Counted from the first letter of the stretch, positions 25,867 to 40,855 are shown. The stretch is DNA of 64,000 nucleotides from Octopus vulgaris (GCA_951406725.2 OX597815.1:25916001-25980000); one strand, 5' to 3'. Translations and numbers: made by a program. Notes: a model not told the origin generated them from the letters alone.

Positions 25867-26103
25867 ATACATATATATATATAAATATACACACACTGAC
25901 ACAAACGTAAATGGCAGAATAAGTGAATATATTTTATACAGAATATGAAAAGAGAAAGAGCGATAGGTTCAAGAACAACGTAAAATTTGAAGACGAATGA
26001 TGCATACAAACCAAACTAGGAAACAAGGATCACGGAAAAAATTTTACTTTATTTGTAACCACCCCCTCCACAGAATAATTAGGAAGCCCTACATACTATA
26101 GAT

Positions 26104-26418
26104 GTGGAAGCGCATGGCCTAGTGTTTAGAGCAGCGGACTCGCAGTCGATGGATCATGGGTTCGAATCTCAGACCAGGCGGTGTGTGTGTTTATGAGCGA
26201 AACACCTAAGCTCCAAGTGGCTCCGGCAGAATGTCATGGCGAACCATTGCTGACTCTTTCTCCACAACTTTTTCCCACTCTTTCCTCCTGCATCTAGCAG
26301 CTCACCTGCGACGAACCGGCGTCTCGTCCAGGTGGGGAACCTATACTCCAATAAAACCGTGGAAACCGGCCCTTATGAGTCAGGCATGGCTCGAGAAGGA
26401 ACAAACAACAACAGCAAC
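26104..26418 (+). mobile_element. tRNA-derived SINE family C with 13-bp TSD
   Basis: A/B boxes (TGGCCTAGTG; GGTTCGAATC), (ACA)n tail, TSD ACATACTATAGAT at 26091 and 26419. Confidence 0.9.
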
Positions 26419-26471
26419 ACATACTATAGATACTAGTACAGACACTACAGACAAAGCGATATATACTTATG

Positions 26472-26705
26472 TAAGGCGGCGAGCTGGCAGAAACGGTAGC
26501 ACGCCGGGCGAAATGCGTAGCCGTATTTCGTCTGCCATTACGTTCTGAGTTCAAATTTCGCCGAGGTCGACTTTGACTTTCATCCTTTCGGGGTCGATAA
26601 ATTACGTACCAGTTACTTATTAGGGTCAATGTAATCGACTTAATCCGTTTGTCTGTCCTTGTTTGTCCCCTCTGTGTTTAGCCCCTTGTGGGTAGTAAAG
26701 AAATA
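26472..26705 (+). mobile_element. SINE family A, full length, 14-bp TSD
   Basis: TSD GATATATACTTATG at 26458 and 26706. Confidence 0.92.
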
Positions 26706-27091
26706 GATATATACTTATGACAGAATGAAAGAATGAATGAGGGAATGAAAACATTAAACGCTACACCTCAGACTGATTCCAAATCTAACTCCGTTTCCTT
26801 GAATGACTGAATAGATAGGTAGCTACTTACTGAATGCTGGACCCATCTTTCTCCGCGTGCAGAGTTTACCGAGAATGAATTAGTAAATTCATTAAGCCCA
26901 ATTAATGGTAACAATCGTCAACAACAAATGAGAGTTCTCTCTGAAAAGAACGATTAGAGCAGAATTCATTAGCTTTAGTAAGAGGCTAAAGATAGAAAAA
27001 AAAACTAGATTACAGGGAATCCTGCTTAAACAATTTCTCACCGTCTCTTTTTTTTTTTGACAATATTTTGATCAGAAGGACTGCAATGTTT

Positions 27092-27123
<32 letters not shown>

Positions 27124-27184
27124 GATCGACGTCGTCGTCGTCGTTGTCGTCGTCGTCCTCCTCCTCCTTCTCCTCATTATTATT

Positions 27185-29983
27185 GCCTTTGCGCAGCTTC
27201 TAACGCTGGAGATGTATTACAGTGTCAGCTGCTCACTACCAGTAAACTAAGGTAACACCTCTTATTTTTCAAGCACCTTCCGGAATATTCCGGAGTGCCG
27301 TTTTCTGCAAGAGCTCCATTCTTATTGCAGCCCCTATTTGTTCCACGTACTTCTCGAGATTTTTGCTCACTGTTTCCAGGGCTCCAACAATTATTGGTAC
27401 TACTGCTACCTTTCTCATCGACCACAACTGCCTAATTTCCCAAGCTAACCTGTCATATCTCTCGACTTTTCTTTCTTCCTTATCACATACCTTGTTGTCA
27501 GCTGGGGATGCTTGTTGCAAAGTGTCCAATGGACAAGCCTGGTTATATTGTCGTGGCGTCTCTTATATTCCTTCTGGGCAAGTGGCGTACATTGGCTGAT
27601 AATATGCCATACGGTTTCACCGTTTTGTCCACAGATTCTGCACTTATCACTTTCTGATGTGTTGTCTATGTAGTTTGTTCTTAGTGCTTGCTCTTAGGCA
27701 GCATAGATTAGAGCCTCCGTTTCCGGTTTTAAACCACAGTCATCTTTTTTCTCTGTCTGTCTTACCTTCAACATCCCTATGAAATTGACAATGCATTCTT
27801 TTCTTTCCCCACCTATTTTCAGTTTCATTCGTTTTCAATTTATTGTATAATGCTTTATCTTTGCAATCTTTCATCCTATACAAGCCTGACCTTCTTTCTT
27901 CTATTAATAGCGGTTCTGTGGCATTTTTACATACCATGCTATGTTGTTTCCTGTTGCTCTAATGCTGTGTTCGCATCCAATAAGTCCTCTTCCCACTATT
28001 TTTCTTGGTGAATACAGTCTGTCTGTGTCACTTTTTGGGTGGAGTGACTCATATTTAGTTAGCAACTTCCTTGTCTTTCTGTCTAAGCTGTTTTGTTCGT
28101 CTACTGTCCATGCGAGTACCCCTGCTCCATATCTAAGGAGTGAAACCGCCTAGGTATAGATAGCTTCGATACCTTATTCCGTCCATTTAATTTCAACTTT
28201 AGGATCACTCTCAGTCTACGCAAGTATTCCACCTTAATTTTTTGTCATTTCTTTCTCCATCAATTTATCTATTTCCAAAGTACAGTCTATCAGGAGTTGA
28301 TCTTTGGTACCTTTGCACTTACGCTTGCAACCATTCTGCTCATGTGGCAGGACTCCAATTTTTCCAGATGCTCGTACATTGACTCTGCAAATATTCCAGT
28401 CAATAACTTCCGCATTAGTAGCAAACAGGATATCGGCCTGTAATTGCCCTTTTCAATGTTTTTCAGGCACAGCACTGTCCTACCCAACGTCAACCACCCT
28501 GGGGTTACGTGGTCGGCATTTAACAAGATGTTGAGTTTCGCAGCTATTCGTACATGACATTCATCAAATCTTTTGATCCAGTAGCCATCTGGTCACGGAG
28601 CCTTCCAGTTGCTCATTTTTTGCTGATTTCCTTCACTTCCCTAACTGAAATGACTAGTTTTTGTCTGTTTTGGACAGAATACTGTTTGGTTCAGTTCTTG
28701 CAACCATTCAGCATCCTTCTTGTGCTCCTTGTCTTTGCTCCAGATGTCCCTCCAAAACCTTTGACTTTCAATGTTATCCAATATCAACTTTTCCTCTGTA
28801 CACTCCTCTGTACATTTCTTTATAGAATCTCTTCTGTTCTACTTTGAATAACCTATTCTGGTGGTAACCATTCATTCTTTGGTTGTATCATGTCATCTTT
28901 ACTTTCTTTGCAACGAGGCACTGTTTCAGTTCCTCCATTACTACTTTCAGGCCCTTTCTTTCAATATTATATATTTTTTCAGCATCCTGCATTTTGGTTC
29001 GCTTTTAAGCTCCCCTTTCTCTTTTCCGTCTAACACAAATATTTCCTTCGAGAGCATGTCTAACTCTCCCTGGATTCTTCTTTTCCACCATGGATCTTTT
29101 CTTTTGCCACTCCCATTATGTTTCTTTTTCTTGATATCAACACCCACGTTTTCTGCTACAACAATACTTGCTGCCTTGATCAAATTATTTGTTTCTGTGA
29201 TGTTTGTTCTGATGTATTTCAGAATTTCATTGACAGTTTTCGTTTCTTGGTTCAATTTCCATCGATCAACATTTTTATGGTTGCAAATAATGTCGCTATC
29301 GTTCTCCTGTAGTCTTAAATTTATTCTGTCGTTGATTGCCTTTTGTTCATCTGTCATGTCGCCATTAGTTTTATTGTCTTCTTTTAGATCATCTACATAT
29401 CCCTCATCAAGTAAACTACCACTGCTCCTTTCCTGTGCTATGAGATTACTCTTATTAGTAAGAACTGTATTTTCATTGTTGTCTCTGCTGCTATTTCCAT
29501 GACCCGTCTTTTGATAGCTTCGAGCTCTACTTCTGTAAACCAACGATTTTTTTCTTATTGCTCTAGCTTGATCACATAGATTGTTCCTTGAGTTGAAACA
29601 ATCCCTTTTCTCTGCAATGATCATATATACGTTGTCGGTAACCCCTAATTTGAGTACCATTTTCATCTACCGGGCTGCTCAGGTAGTAACACTCCATGAC
29701 CACAGCATTAATTTGCTTACTCCATCTAGGCCGTGTGTGGTGGTCCCTTTCTGGATATCGATAGGCTGGAGTCGGACCAGAATCTCTGAGCCTACCGGGT
29801 GCAACACTGTCACCATCATTGGCTTCAGTTTCATTCCTACCGTTATTCACAATATTTTGTATTTTCATTGTCATTCATATGAGGTAGTAATTATCAGGTT
29901 GCGCAATTACCAGTGTTTTTATTGTGACACCATCACTTGATGTATCATTATTAATCAGCCCATGAGGCTCCACCTGTTTCCTT

Positions 29984-29985
<2 letters not shown>
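27185..29985 (-). mobile_element. R4/Dong-clade non-LTR retrotransposon, decayed, RT core internally deleted
   Basis: DPWWKRRI N-terminal region, GRTVLCLK..NYRPISCL RT start, RLE C-terminus KEERKVERYDRLAWEIRQLW..VVPIIVGAL..LLQKTAL; both ends abut TAA/TTA repeats, the known Dong target. Confidence 0.9.
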
Positions 29986-30051
<66 letters not shown>

Positions 30052-30052
30052 T

Positions 30053-30270
30053 AAGGCGGCGTGCTGGCATAATCGTTAGTGCGCCTGGTAAAATGCCTAG
30101 CGGCATTTTGTTCGTTCTTACGTTCTGAGTTCAAATTCCGCCGGGGTTGACTTTACCTTTCATCCTTTCGGGGTCGATAAAATAAACACCAATTGAGTAC
30201 TGGGTATCGATGTAATCGACTACCCTCCTCCCCAAAATGTCAGGCCTTGGGCTTATAATAGAAAGAACTA
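30053..30270 (+). mobile_element. SINE family A copy in (TTA)n
   Basis: Family motifs present. Confidence 0.85.
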
Positions 30271-30282
30271 TTATTATTGTTG

Positions 30283-30334
<52 letters not shown>

Positions 30335-30339
30335 CATCT

Positions 30340-30391
<52 letters not shown>

Positions 30392-30892
30392 CTGCGATGT
30401 GTCTCCTACTTCCACGTCTCCTCACAGTTATGTTGATCCCCCCTGCATTCCATCCTCCCCCTCACAGTTTCATCGACTCACCCTGAAATAATTAACTTTC
30501 ACATACTTTGTTCAGAGATGAAAGTCGATAAAACTTATATAGATTATCTCCCCCTTTGTAAATGATGTCATCCTAAACATCAGAGAGTGACAGCTACAAC
30601 AACAGCCGCAGAAGCAGTTTCTATGTATTGATGGTGGAAACACCTCACCAAATAAGTTGGCTATATATGTGATTTGTAATAAGTAATGTAAACTGTTCAG
30701 GAATTTCTTTACTTTGGGATCTTTTTAATTTAAAAGAGTAGATTCATCTTTACATTCGGCGAAGCACACCAATATAATTGTTCGTTACACTTGATCGGTG
30801 AAAGTAGAATATTAAGTATTTCATTGATGGGGAAACTCCAACCAATGAAAAAGAACACAAATAAAAGAAGAAAAAAAAAGAAAGAAAAAAGG

Positions 30893-31348
<456 letters not shown>

Positions 31349-31968
31349 AAAGCTGACTAGCTGCGCTTTAACGCCAATGAAGAGAAGGATATATAGATTA
31401 TAATGATTCTGGTTCTTGGAGAAGGCCATTTCCAAACCAGTACAAACACTGATCATGCAAACGTAGAACTTTTCCAATAAGCTCATTTCAAAGATGACTT
31501 TTATAAGCTGGAATATTTTGAGGGTAGGATTAAAGATGGTCGGATGTGAAGAATAGTGACAGTTCTTTGGTGATATCATATTAAGATAGACATAATTGGA
31601 CAAACTGAAAACTTTTTATATGAAAGCGTTTAAATTTCGTTTCGCTCGTTTCTTCTGAAAGAGAACATAAGTATCGGATAACACGGTAAATTCCTGCCGT
31701 CTCTATATATATTTATTTGTGCGGAAGCGTCTCTGCAAATGTGTGTGTAGGTATGTATGTGTATAGGTGTGGCTGTGTGTGTGTGTTTGTCTCTGTGTGT
31801 GTATGTGTGCATGATAGTGAATGTGTATGAGTAGGAACCTGTAAATGGATATTTCACATCATTATAAAAGAAATTGTACACGCATGGACGAGCTTGTATC
31901 AACCATTTACCTTTAGAAACTATAAGTTGTATTTTCCAACATGTATTTAAGTAAATACACACACTCAT

Positions 31969-32004
<36 letters not shown>

Positions 32005-32656
32005 TATATATACATATGCATATACACAAATGTAGGTATATATGTATGTATGTATGTCTTAAACTATTTCGTAAGAGGAAATCTCTTTCACGCAATTTTT
32101 ATGTCTTATTTGAACAAAATATTCTGAAATCTTCTCACTACGTCTTTTTGCATTGAATAAAAAGACGTTTAATATCTCGTGTGCAAGAACAGTCTACCGT
32201 AGTCAAAGAATGAAAGAGTCAAAGAGTTAATCGTTTTCAAAGTACTTTTCTGGAATTTAAAAGGTATTATTAACCCCTCTCGACAGAAGGTTAAATTATG
32301 AAAACGAATAAGTACGATGAAAACAAAATCTAATAAACTGGTCTGAAAAAGAAATCTAGTTTCCAGCAGTACAAATGTTTTTTAGCGATTGGCAGAAATG
32401 TTTGGATTGAATTGAGCTGAATTAGCGGAATCCAACCATTGATTTCAGATATTAAACTCTGGTGCTATATACAAGCTGTTCATTGAAACAGTGAGCACTT
32501 TGATTCTTCATCTATATTTATATTATATATGAGAAAAATGAGAATACGTATGTATGTATGTATGTATGTATGTATGTATGTATGTATGTATGTATGTATG
32601 TATGCATGCATGCATGTATGTATGTATGTATGTATGTATGTATGTATGTATGTATG

Positions 32657-32706
<50 letters not shown>

Positions 32707-32794
32707 CGCACATAGATGCATGCATCTCTCCCACTATCTCTCTCTCCGTCTCTATCACTCTTTCTGCCTATGTTTCTGTCTCTCTCATTATATA

Positions 32795-32842
<48 letters not shown>

Positions 32843-32922
32843 TATAGATAATTTTCCTCTATTTACATAATATTGAGGTCTCTTTCTTTCTTTTGTTATC
32901 TTACCGTTTTTACCAATATATA

Positions 32923-32968
<46 letters not shown>

Positions 32969-33357
32969 CATATACATATATGCATATTCATATATGTGCC
33001 TATAAACATATATATATATGTATATATTCATTCCTATATATATATATATATATATATAGATAGATAGATAGATAGATATAGATAGATAGATAGATAGATA
33101 GATAGAGAAATACACACACACACACATATATATATACATACATACACACACACACATATATATATATACTAAATACACATATGTACGTGTATATGTGCGT
33201 GTTTGCGCACATTACACAGTCAGACATAGACGCACGCATATACTTATATACAAGTACACATGCATGCATTTTCCTATGTATGCGAATATATCTATCGATC
33301 TATCTATCTCATAAATTTATGCATACACATGCTTATACACACACACGCACGCAAACG

Positions 33358-33435
<78 letters not shown>

Positions 33436-34092
33436 TTTTAATGTGCTATTCGGCCTGTCAATCTCTTCCACTATGGCTAAATATCTTTTTCGTTACTCAA
33501 AAAGAACTTCCTTTTCAAAACATACTTATCACTACAAGTTTTACTAAATGTACTATTAAAACATGTTATTATGCAACATATAACTTCACCTCAATTACTA
33601 TCTCAAATAATCGAGCCAAATAAACCAAACTAGTACTTATTCTACGCTCGAAAATTTTAATTCTACTAAATTTAGTATTTTCGATCATAGTTCTAATTAC
33701 TTGCACAAAACATCGTTAACCAATGCAATATGGAATCTGTTAATTCCTTCAAAGTTTATCCTTTTAATTAAATTTTTTAATCAGCATTCGGGACACAACC
33801 AAAAGTAATGTTACATTACTGTCCATTTAATTTGGGGAACTGAAAAATTATTCAAATTAAAACATTTTATCTAAAACTAAAAAATATCTTGCACAAGAAA
33901 CTAATGACCATGGAGTCACAACACCATAAGGATTATGAAGTACGTTTTGGAAAAGATCCCATTCTCAACCGATTCTCAGAAAGAATCACTTTCTATCACC
34001 ATAATTTTTAACACAAATATGTCCCTCGTATCGATTCTGTTACGTAATCTTATACCACACAAATGAGGATGAAGCTTACTACTTTCCTATAT

Positions 34093-34432
34093 GGGGAAGC
34101 ACTCCGTCGGTTACGACGAAGAGGGTTCCGGTTGATCCGAATCAACGGAACAGCCTGCCCGTGAAATTAACGTGTAAGTGGCTGAGCACTCCACAGACAC
34201 GTATACCCTTAACGGCCCTTTGAAATACATGTACAACAGAGACAAGAAGTAAGAGTGAGAGAAAGTTGTGGTGAAAGAGTACAGCAGGGATCACCACCAT
34301 CCCTGCCGGAGCCTCGTGGAGCTTTAGGTGTTTTCGCTCAATAAACACTCACAACGCCCGGTCTGGGAATCGAAACCGCGATCCTACGACCGCGAGTCCG
34401 CTGCCCTAACCACTGGGCCATTGCGCCTCCAC
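34093..34432 (-). mobile_element. tRNA-derived SINE (family C-like head, different tail) with 12-bp TSD
   Basis: Minus-strand head GGAGGCGCAATGGCCCAGTGGTTAGGGCAGCGGACTCGCGG..GGTTTCGATTCCC; TSD ACTTTCCTATAT at 34081 and 34433. Confidence 0.9.
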
Positions 34433-34855
34433 ACTTTCCTATATATACTACGACAGTATATTTCTTGCTTAATCAAGACTTTGTCGTTTTAAAAATTGAC
34501 TTTAAACATACGATTTTCTGTATACATTATCAATTTTTCCTTTATTCCCCTGCCATTATATTTTTATCAATTATCTCTGACACATTCCTTTCCTCTACTG
34601 TAGTTCTTTGTTACACAATTTGCATCCACGTATTTCGGTCAATATACTCACTATTAGCCAATGATGGTTAAATAATTTGTTTATTTCTTTTGTACTGTAC
34701 TATTATGTTTATACGTATTTAAAAAATTTTTTATGTGAGACATGGTTCTATACTAATTAATATACATTGTGTTTCTTTCAACCATAAATATCTCCAACAA
34801 AGTGATATATTGGCTCAAGTGTATACTTACTTCTATATGTATATTTACTCCTGTA

Positions 34856-35006
34856 GGCACAGGCGTAGCTGTATGGTTAGAAATTCGCTTCCCAGCCATA
34901 TGGTTCCGGGTTCAGTCTTACTGCATAACATCTTGGACAAATGTCTTCTATAATCCCGGATTGATCAAAGCCTTATGAGTGGATTTAGTCGACTAAAAAG
35001 CCCGTC

Positions 35007-35008
<2 letters not shown>
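34856..35008 (+). mobile_element. SINE family B 5' half
   Basis: Head and core motifs ending AAGCCCGTCG then (TA)n. Confidence 0.75.
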
Positions 35009-35039
<31 letters not shown>

Positions 35040-35232
35040 AATTAGAAAAAGACCACCTTTTATCAATTCAATAATGAAAAATTAAATTACACCATCTCGA
35101 AAATTACGTATTATAGAAAGATTAGATATAAGATAAAACATATAACTATGATTAAGTAATGTGTAAAATAATAAATAAAACGTATATATTTGGTAGAATA
35201 ACAATAAATAAGTTTGGAATAATATTCCCTCA

Positions 35233-35356
<124 letters not shown>

Positions 35357-35459
35357 TCAATATTCTCTCTGTTTCAACTTGGATCATACGTGCTTGATTC
35401 ATTAACTTATTATTGCTATTATCATTGTTGCTGTAATTATTATAGTTATTGTTATTATT

Positions 35460-35662
35460 AAGGCAGAATCGTGAGCACACCGGACAAAATGCTTAGCGGC
35501 ATTTCGTCCGTCTTTACGCTTTGGTTCAAATTCTACTGAGATCGACTTACCGCTTATCTATTTGGCATCGATAAATTAAGTACCAGTGAAGCACTGGGGT
35601 CGATGTAATAGACTTATCCCATCCCCCAAAATTTCAAGCCTTGTATCTATAGTAGAAAGGAT
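35460..35662 (+). mobile_element. SINE family A copy
   Basis: Family motifs present. Confidence 0.8.
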
Positions 35663-35664
35663 TA

Positions 35665-36042
35665 TTATTGCCTCCGTCTTAACGAAAGCGAAGGTATTGT
35701 TTTCAGTTGTATTTGTTTGTTTGTTTGTCTGTCCGTGGACAAGATACCTCAAGAACAGCTGAATGGATTTGGATGAAATTTTCAAGGATGTTTAGCCTCG
35801 TGACTGGCACGAACTGATTAGATTTTGGGATCGATCCGGTACCGGACAAGGATTCTGGATTATTTTTCCTGTTTTTTCTAACTTAATTTTTGAGAGCGGT
35901 CGGGTTCATTTTTAGTATTCTCATTTGTTAGAGCAGTCGAGTTTATTTCAGATATTCTCATTTTAAAAATCATCTCTGGCTAATCGTTGAGAGGACATTG
36001 GTGTTGCCTTGGCAGAGGTTTGCACTCTGAGTACTCTTGTTA
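35665..36042 (+). mobile_element. DINE-1/HINE-like (Helentron-associated) non-autonomous element
   Basis: 5' CCTCCG.. hairpin, (GTTT)n/GTCT microsatellite, GGATTTGGATGAAATTT block, 3' subterminal CTTGGCAGAGG and small hairpin CACTC-T-GAGTA, in TT context. Confidence 0.65.
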
Positions 36043-36204
36043 TTATTACTTTGATGAAGTGATTGAACGATAGAAATGTGAACAACAGCTTTCCAGTATT
36101 TTGTTACCCTATCCCTAACCCTAACCTCTGCACTCAAATCTCGTTTAGGACATATTTATTCTCTAAGGTCAATTTTCCTCTTTAAATTTCTTGCTTTGTA
36201 CTTA

Positions 36205-37400
36205 TGTTACAGATCACCAACGTCATCTAGAAGACGGGCTCGGCATACCGTGGCTGCTGACATGCAGATACACGCTGAGGCTGCGCCACCTGCAAATTTT
36301 CTTGCACAGTAAGAGCAGGCGTGATCTCCGTTTGTAATACACGTTTTTCTGCAGCCCATTTTTTTGACGGAACTACAGTTCTGAGTCAAGAAAAGACCAA
36401 CTGTGAGCGCCTAGCACCTGGATTGTCATCAGGCTTTCACGACCTTCTACTAGTCGGACAATGCACTCGATGGAAGTTCTCCGTTAACAATAAATAGAAA
36501 ATTAGTGGTAGGTGAGCGAAACGCTAGGCGTTGATGAGGATGAGTTCGTTTGTCTTAGAGGACTTCTGGGTCGGGAACTATCACGTATAACTTCAAGAAA
36601 CTCGTAGTCTGGTAGTGCTACCGAGGGGCACTAGCAGTTCAAGACTCCACGAGCACGAAAATACCGGCAGGTGGGACCATCTGAGAGGGTGAAGGCACAT
36701 GACCTAGTGGCTAGAGCAGCGGACTCGCGGTCGAAAGATCGTGGGTTCGACTCTCAGACTGGGCGATGTGTGTGTTTATGAGCGAAACACCTAAGCTCCA
36801 CATGACTCTGGCAGAAGGTAATGGCAAACTTCTGCTGACTCTTTCGCCACAACTTTCTCTCACTCTTTCCTCCTGCATCTTGCAGCTCACCTGTGACGGA
36901 CCGGCGTCCCGTCCAGGTGGGGAACCTATATGCCAAGGAAACCGGGAAACCGGCTCTAATGAGCTAGGCGTGGCTCGAGAAGGAACAAACAACAACCATC
37001 TGAGAGGGACACAAAGTGACAGATCCGTACTGCACGCACTGAGGCATTGTCCGAATATTGTTGAATCGGGAAGTTATGTGGAACGAATCCAGCTATCGGC
37101 CGAGTCCATCGTGAGGATCGTACTCCCATTCGCCTTTCACAAGTCGGAGCACGGTGTTCTTTCCCTCCTGTGGGTATAGCGAAAGATAGTTGTGTGGTGA
37201 AAGAGGCTGAACGGACTGAAGACTGATACTTTCCTATTCAGTCAAAACCTTTCTCGAGTCTCACTTGGAAAGGATAGTAGGAACAAAGAGATGAGTGCTC
37301 TCCTTCCCAGCGAATTTGTCAAAAGGCAGGTGACTATGGCAAAAGTGGCTGAGTGGATCTATTCTAAGCATGCAGTTGTAGAATGGTGAACAACAGTTAG
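36205..37400 (+). mobile_element. Highly decayed L1/Tx1-like LINE 3' region, interrupted by a SINE
   Basis: GC-richer tract; SVLHALRHCPNI resembles the C-terminal CCHC knuckle. Confidence 0.5.
36690..36994 (+). mobile_element. SINE family C with 14-bp TSD
   Basis: Homologous to 26104-26418; TSD ACCATCTGAGAGGG at 36676 and 36995. Confidence 0.92.
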
Positions 37401-37734
37401 AGACGGAGCTAATGTCATTGGCTGCATGAATTACGTCATGGTACTGTTTTACTTACAGACGGTGCCCAACTGACCCTACGACAAATCCTGGATTTGTGGA
37501 ATTCTTTGATTGGCTTTACTTTACTAGTTCTGCATATTTCATGCATTCACATATTTTGTATGCTATGTGTACCTTTTTTTTTTTATCACATTTCCCTCTT
37601 CTTTCCTCTTCACTTATCTTTATGTGAATCACTTCACAAATTTTAAACTATCCTTGCAATGTTCTTCTCATTTGATGTCCCTGGGGCACATAAAAGAAAT
37701 GCCTCTCCTTCTCTTTATTATTATTATTGCTTTC

Positions 37735-37895
37735 GCTCGTCGCTACGTTCTGAGTTCAAATTCCGCCGAGGTCGACAGTGCCTTTCATCCTTTCGGGGTC
37801 GATAAATTAAGTACCAGTTAAGTACTGGGGTCGTTGTACTCGGCTAGTACTCTCCCCCAAAATTCCAGGCCTTGTGCCTATAGCAGAAAGGATTA

Positions 37896-37944
<49 letters not shown>

Positions 37945-37960
37945 CATTATTATCATTATT

Positions 37961-38016
<56 letters not shown>

Positions 38017-38285
38017 CGTCATTGTTGTTGTTGTTAAGGCGGTGAGCTGGCAGAATCGTTACCGCAATGGACAAAATGTTTAGCGACACTTCGTCAGACT
38101 CTACATTCTGAGTTCAAATTTCGCCGAGGCCGAGTTTGCCTTTCATCCTTTCGGGGTCGATAAATTAGGTACCAGTGAAGCACTGGGGTCGATAAATTAT
38201 GTACCAGTGAAGCACTGGGGTCGATGTAATCTATAACTCCCCTCACCTACCAAGTTTCAGGCCTTGTCCCTTTAGCAGAAATGAT
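37735..38285 (+). mobile_element. Two SINE family A copies separated by (TTA)n(TTG)n
   Basis: Family motifs; the second copy has an internal ~32-bp duplication. Confidence 0.85.
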
Positions 38286-38521
38286 TATTGTTATTGTTGT
38301 TGTTGTTGTTGTTGCTGTTGCTGCTGCTGCTGTTGTTAACGTTGCCGTCGTTGTTGTTACTGTTGTTATTGTTGTTGACTTTCGATTTCATTCTTGATTA
38401 GTGTAGTGTGATGCAGCTGAGAGCTGTTGAGATCTACATTTGGGGAAAGTGGGGAGACGAATGATAGCAAGGAGTGGAAGGGGAGGCAAGCGACACCGCT
38501 AGCAGCAGCAGCAGCAGTAGC

Positions 38522-38555
<34 letters not shown>

Positions 38556-39015
38556 ATTGTGGTAGTGGCGATGGTGGTGGTGGTGCTGAGGGCGGCGGCA
38601 GCGGCGGCGGTGGTGGTAGTAGGTTTTTGAGATTGAGGTCGATGCAGGAAAAACGTCAGCGGAGAACAGGGGAGAGGTGCCAATCTGGCTTTGATGAAAA
38701 GTTGATAAGTGATAAGTCAATATGCACTGGCAAGCCATATGACAAACACATCTTGGTCGCTGTAACCGATTTTATATTAAAGGCAAAGCGAAACAACGTA
38801 TTCCAGCGTAGTAGGAAAGGTAGGAGGGAGAGAGGGAGAGGGAGAGAGTAAGGGAGAGAGAGGGAGTGAAAGAAGGGAGAGAGAGGGAAGTGAAAAAGAT
38901 TGTCTTCAGAGAGTTGCATGTATATATTAGCACAGGACAGTAAAATTAGTTATATGTTGTATATTAACAGGGGTACATTTATTTTTTTGTCATTTTGCTA
39001 AATCTCTTTTTCTAT

Positions 39016-39056
39016 TCATCACCATCATCATCACCATCATCTTCATCATCTTCATC

Positions 39057-39108
<52 letters not shown>

Positions 39109-39179
39109 CCACCACCACCACCACCACCACCATCATCGTCATCAACGTCATCGTTGTCGTCATCATCATCATCATCATT

Positions 39180-39216
<37 letters not shown>

Positions 39217-39270
39217 CCACCACCACCACCACCACCACCATCATCGTCATCAACGTCATCGTTGTCGACG

Positions 39271-39303
<33 letters not shown>

Positions 39304-39760
39304 CCACCACCATCATCGTCATCAACGTCATCGTTGTCGTCGTCATCACCATCATTGTCATCATTATCATCATCATCATCATCATCACCAGCACCAGCAC
39401 CACCACCACCATCATCGTCGTCGCCGTCGTCATCATCATCATCATCTTAAAAACAATGATCATCATCATCATTATCATCATCGTCATCGTCATCATCGTG
39501 ATCGATATCAGCATGATCATGATCATCGTCATCATCATCGTCCTCCTCCTCCTCGTCGTCGTCGTCATCATCGCCGTTATCATTATCATCATGATCATTG
39601 TCACCATCATCTATATCATCATCATCATCATCATCATCAACATCATGCTGCGATCATCATCGTCATCGACGTCGTCGTCATCATCATCATCAAAATCAAC
39701 ACCAGCAACGTCAATTGTCGTCATCGTTTGTGATCAGCGTCGTCGTTGTCGTCATCATAA
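39016..39760. repeat. Degenerate (CAT/CAC/CGT)n trinucleotide array
   Basis: Direct reading; higher-order unit CATCATCGTCATCAACGTCATCGTTGTCG occurs three times. Confidence 0.9.
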
Positions 39761-40460
39761 TTATCATTTTTCCTTTTTCATGTCGTTTCTTTTTTTATAT
39801 ATAAACGTGTTTGTATACATTCATCCATGTGTGGATAGGTATACATATGTGCTTAGGTATATCTATGTATCTAAGTATGTATACGCATGTATGGATGAAT
39901 GTATTTACGTATCTATGAATATATGTATCTATGTTTATATGCAAATAACTATATAATGTATAAACACATTTATTTTGGCATGCATTGATGTGTGCGCGTG
40001 TGTTCAGGCGTGCATGACATTAAAGGTTCTGCAAAAAGTAAACTTGAATATTTTCGGTTAAAAACAAGTTTAATTAGTTAGAAATTAGGAAAGTTACTGA
40101 TGTAGCAAAGATTAAAGGAATTAAAGAGTTGGATGGCAAAATTAAATACACACACATAGACACACAAACACACAGACACACACATACACACACACATATA
40201 TATAAACATACATACATACATATATACGTGTATATGTATGCTTGTGTGTATATATATATATATGTATGTATGTGTATATATGTATATATATATACGTATG
40301 TATATGTATACATGTATAACGATGTACACACACACATATATATAATATAAACATACATACATATATGCGTGTATATGTATGCTTGTGTGTATATATATAT
40401 ATATGTATGTGTGTATATATGTATATATACGCTTGTATATGTATACATGTATAACGATGT

Positions 40461-40514
<54 letters not shown>

Positions 40515-40855
40515 AACATACATACATATATACGTGTATATGTATGCTTGTGTATATATATATATGAATGTATATGTGTATATATGTATATATACGTACG
40601 TATATGTATACATGTATGACGATGTACCGCTGTGTTCATATACGAATATATATTCATATATGAAGTCACATTCGTACATGTATTTTAAATGCACATATAT
40701 AAATAGAAACGCATAGATTATATGTGTGTGTGCATACATGCCTATTCTGTGGATATACTTAAAAAACAGATATAAAAGTGTCTCTATACTATATGTGTGT
40801 GTACGCACGCGCGTGTATGTATGTTGTTTTCTACCCTTCTTTATATATCAGTGTG

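Noticed and set aside
29880-29985. Possible HDV-like ribozyme at the R4/Dong 5' end
   Set aside because: Could not build the nested double pseudoknot by eye
34355-34432. tRNA gene
   Set aside because: The tRNA-like head continues into a SINE body with a TSD, and no full acceptor stem is present
38990-39956. Ser/Pro-rich and Met-rich ORFs
   Set aside because: Degenerate (CAT)n array with no domain or splice support
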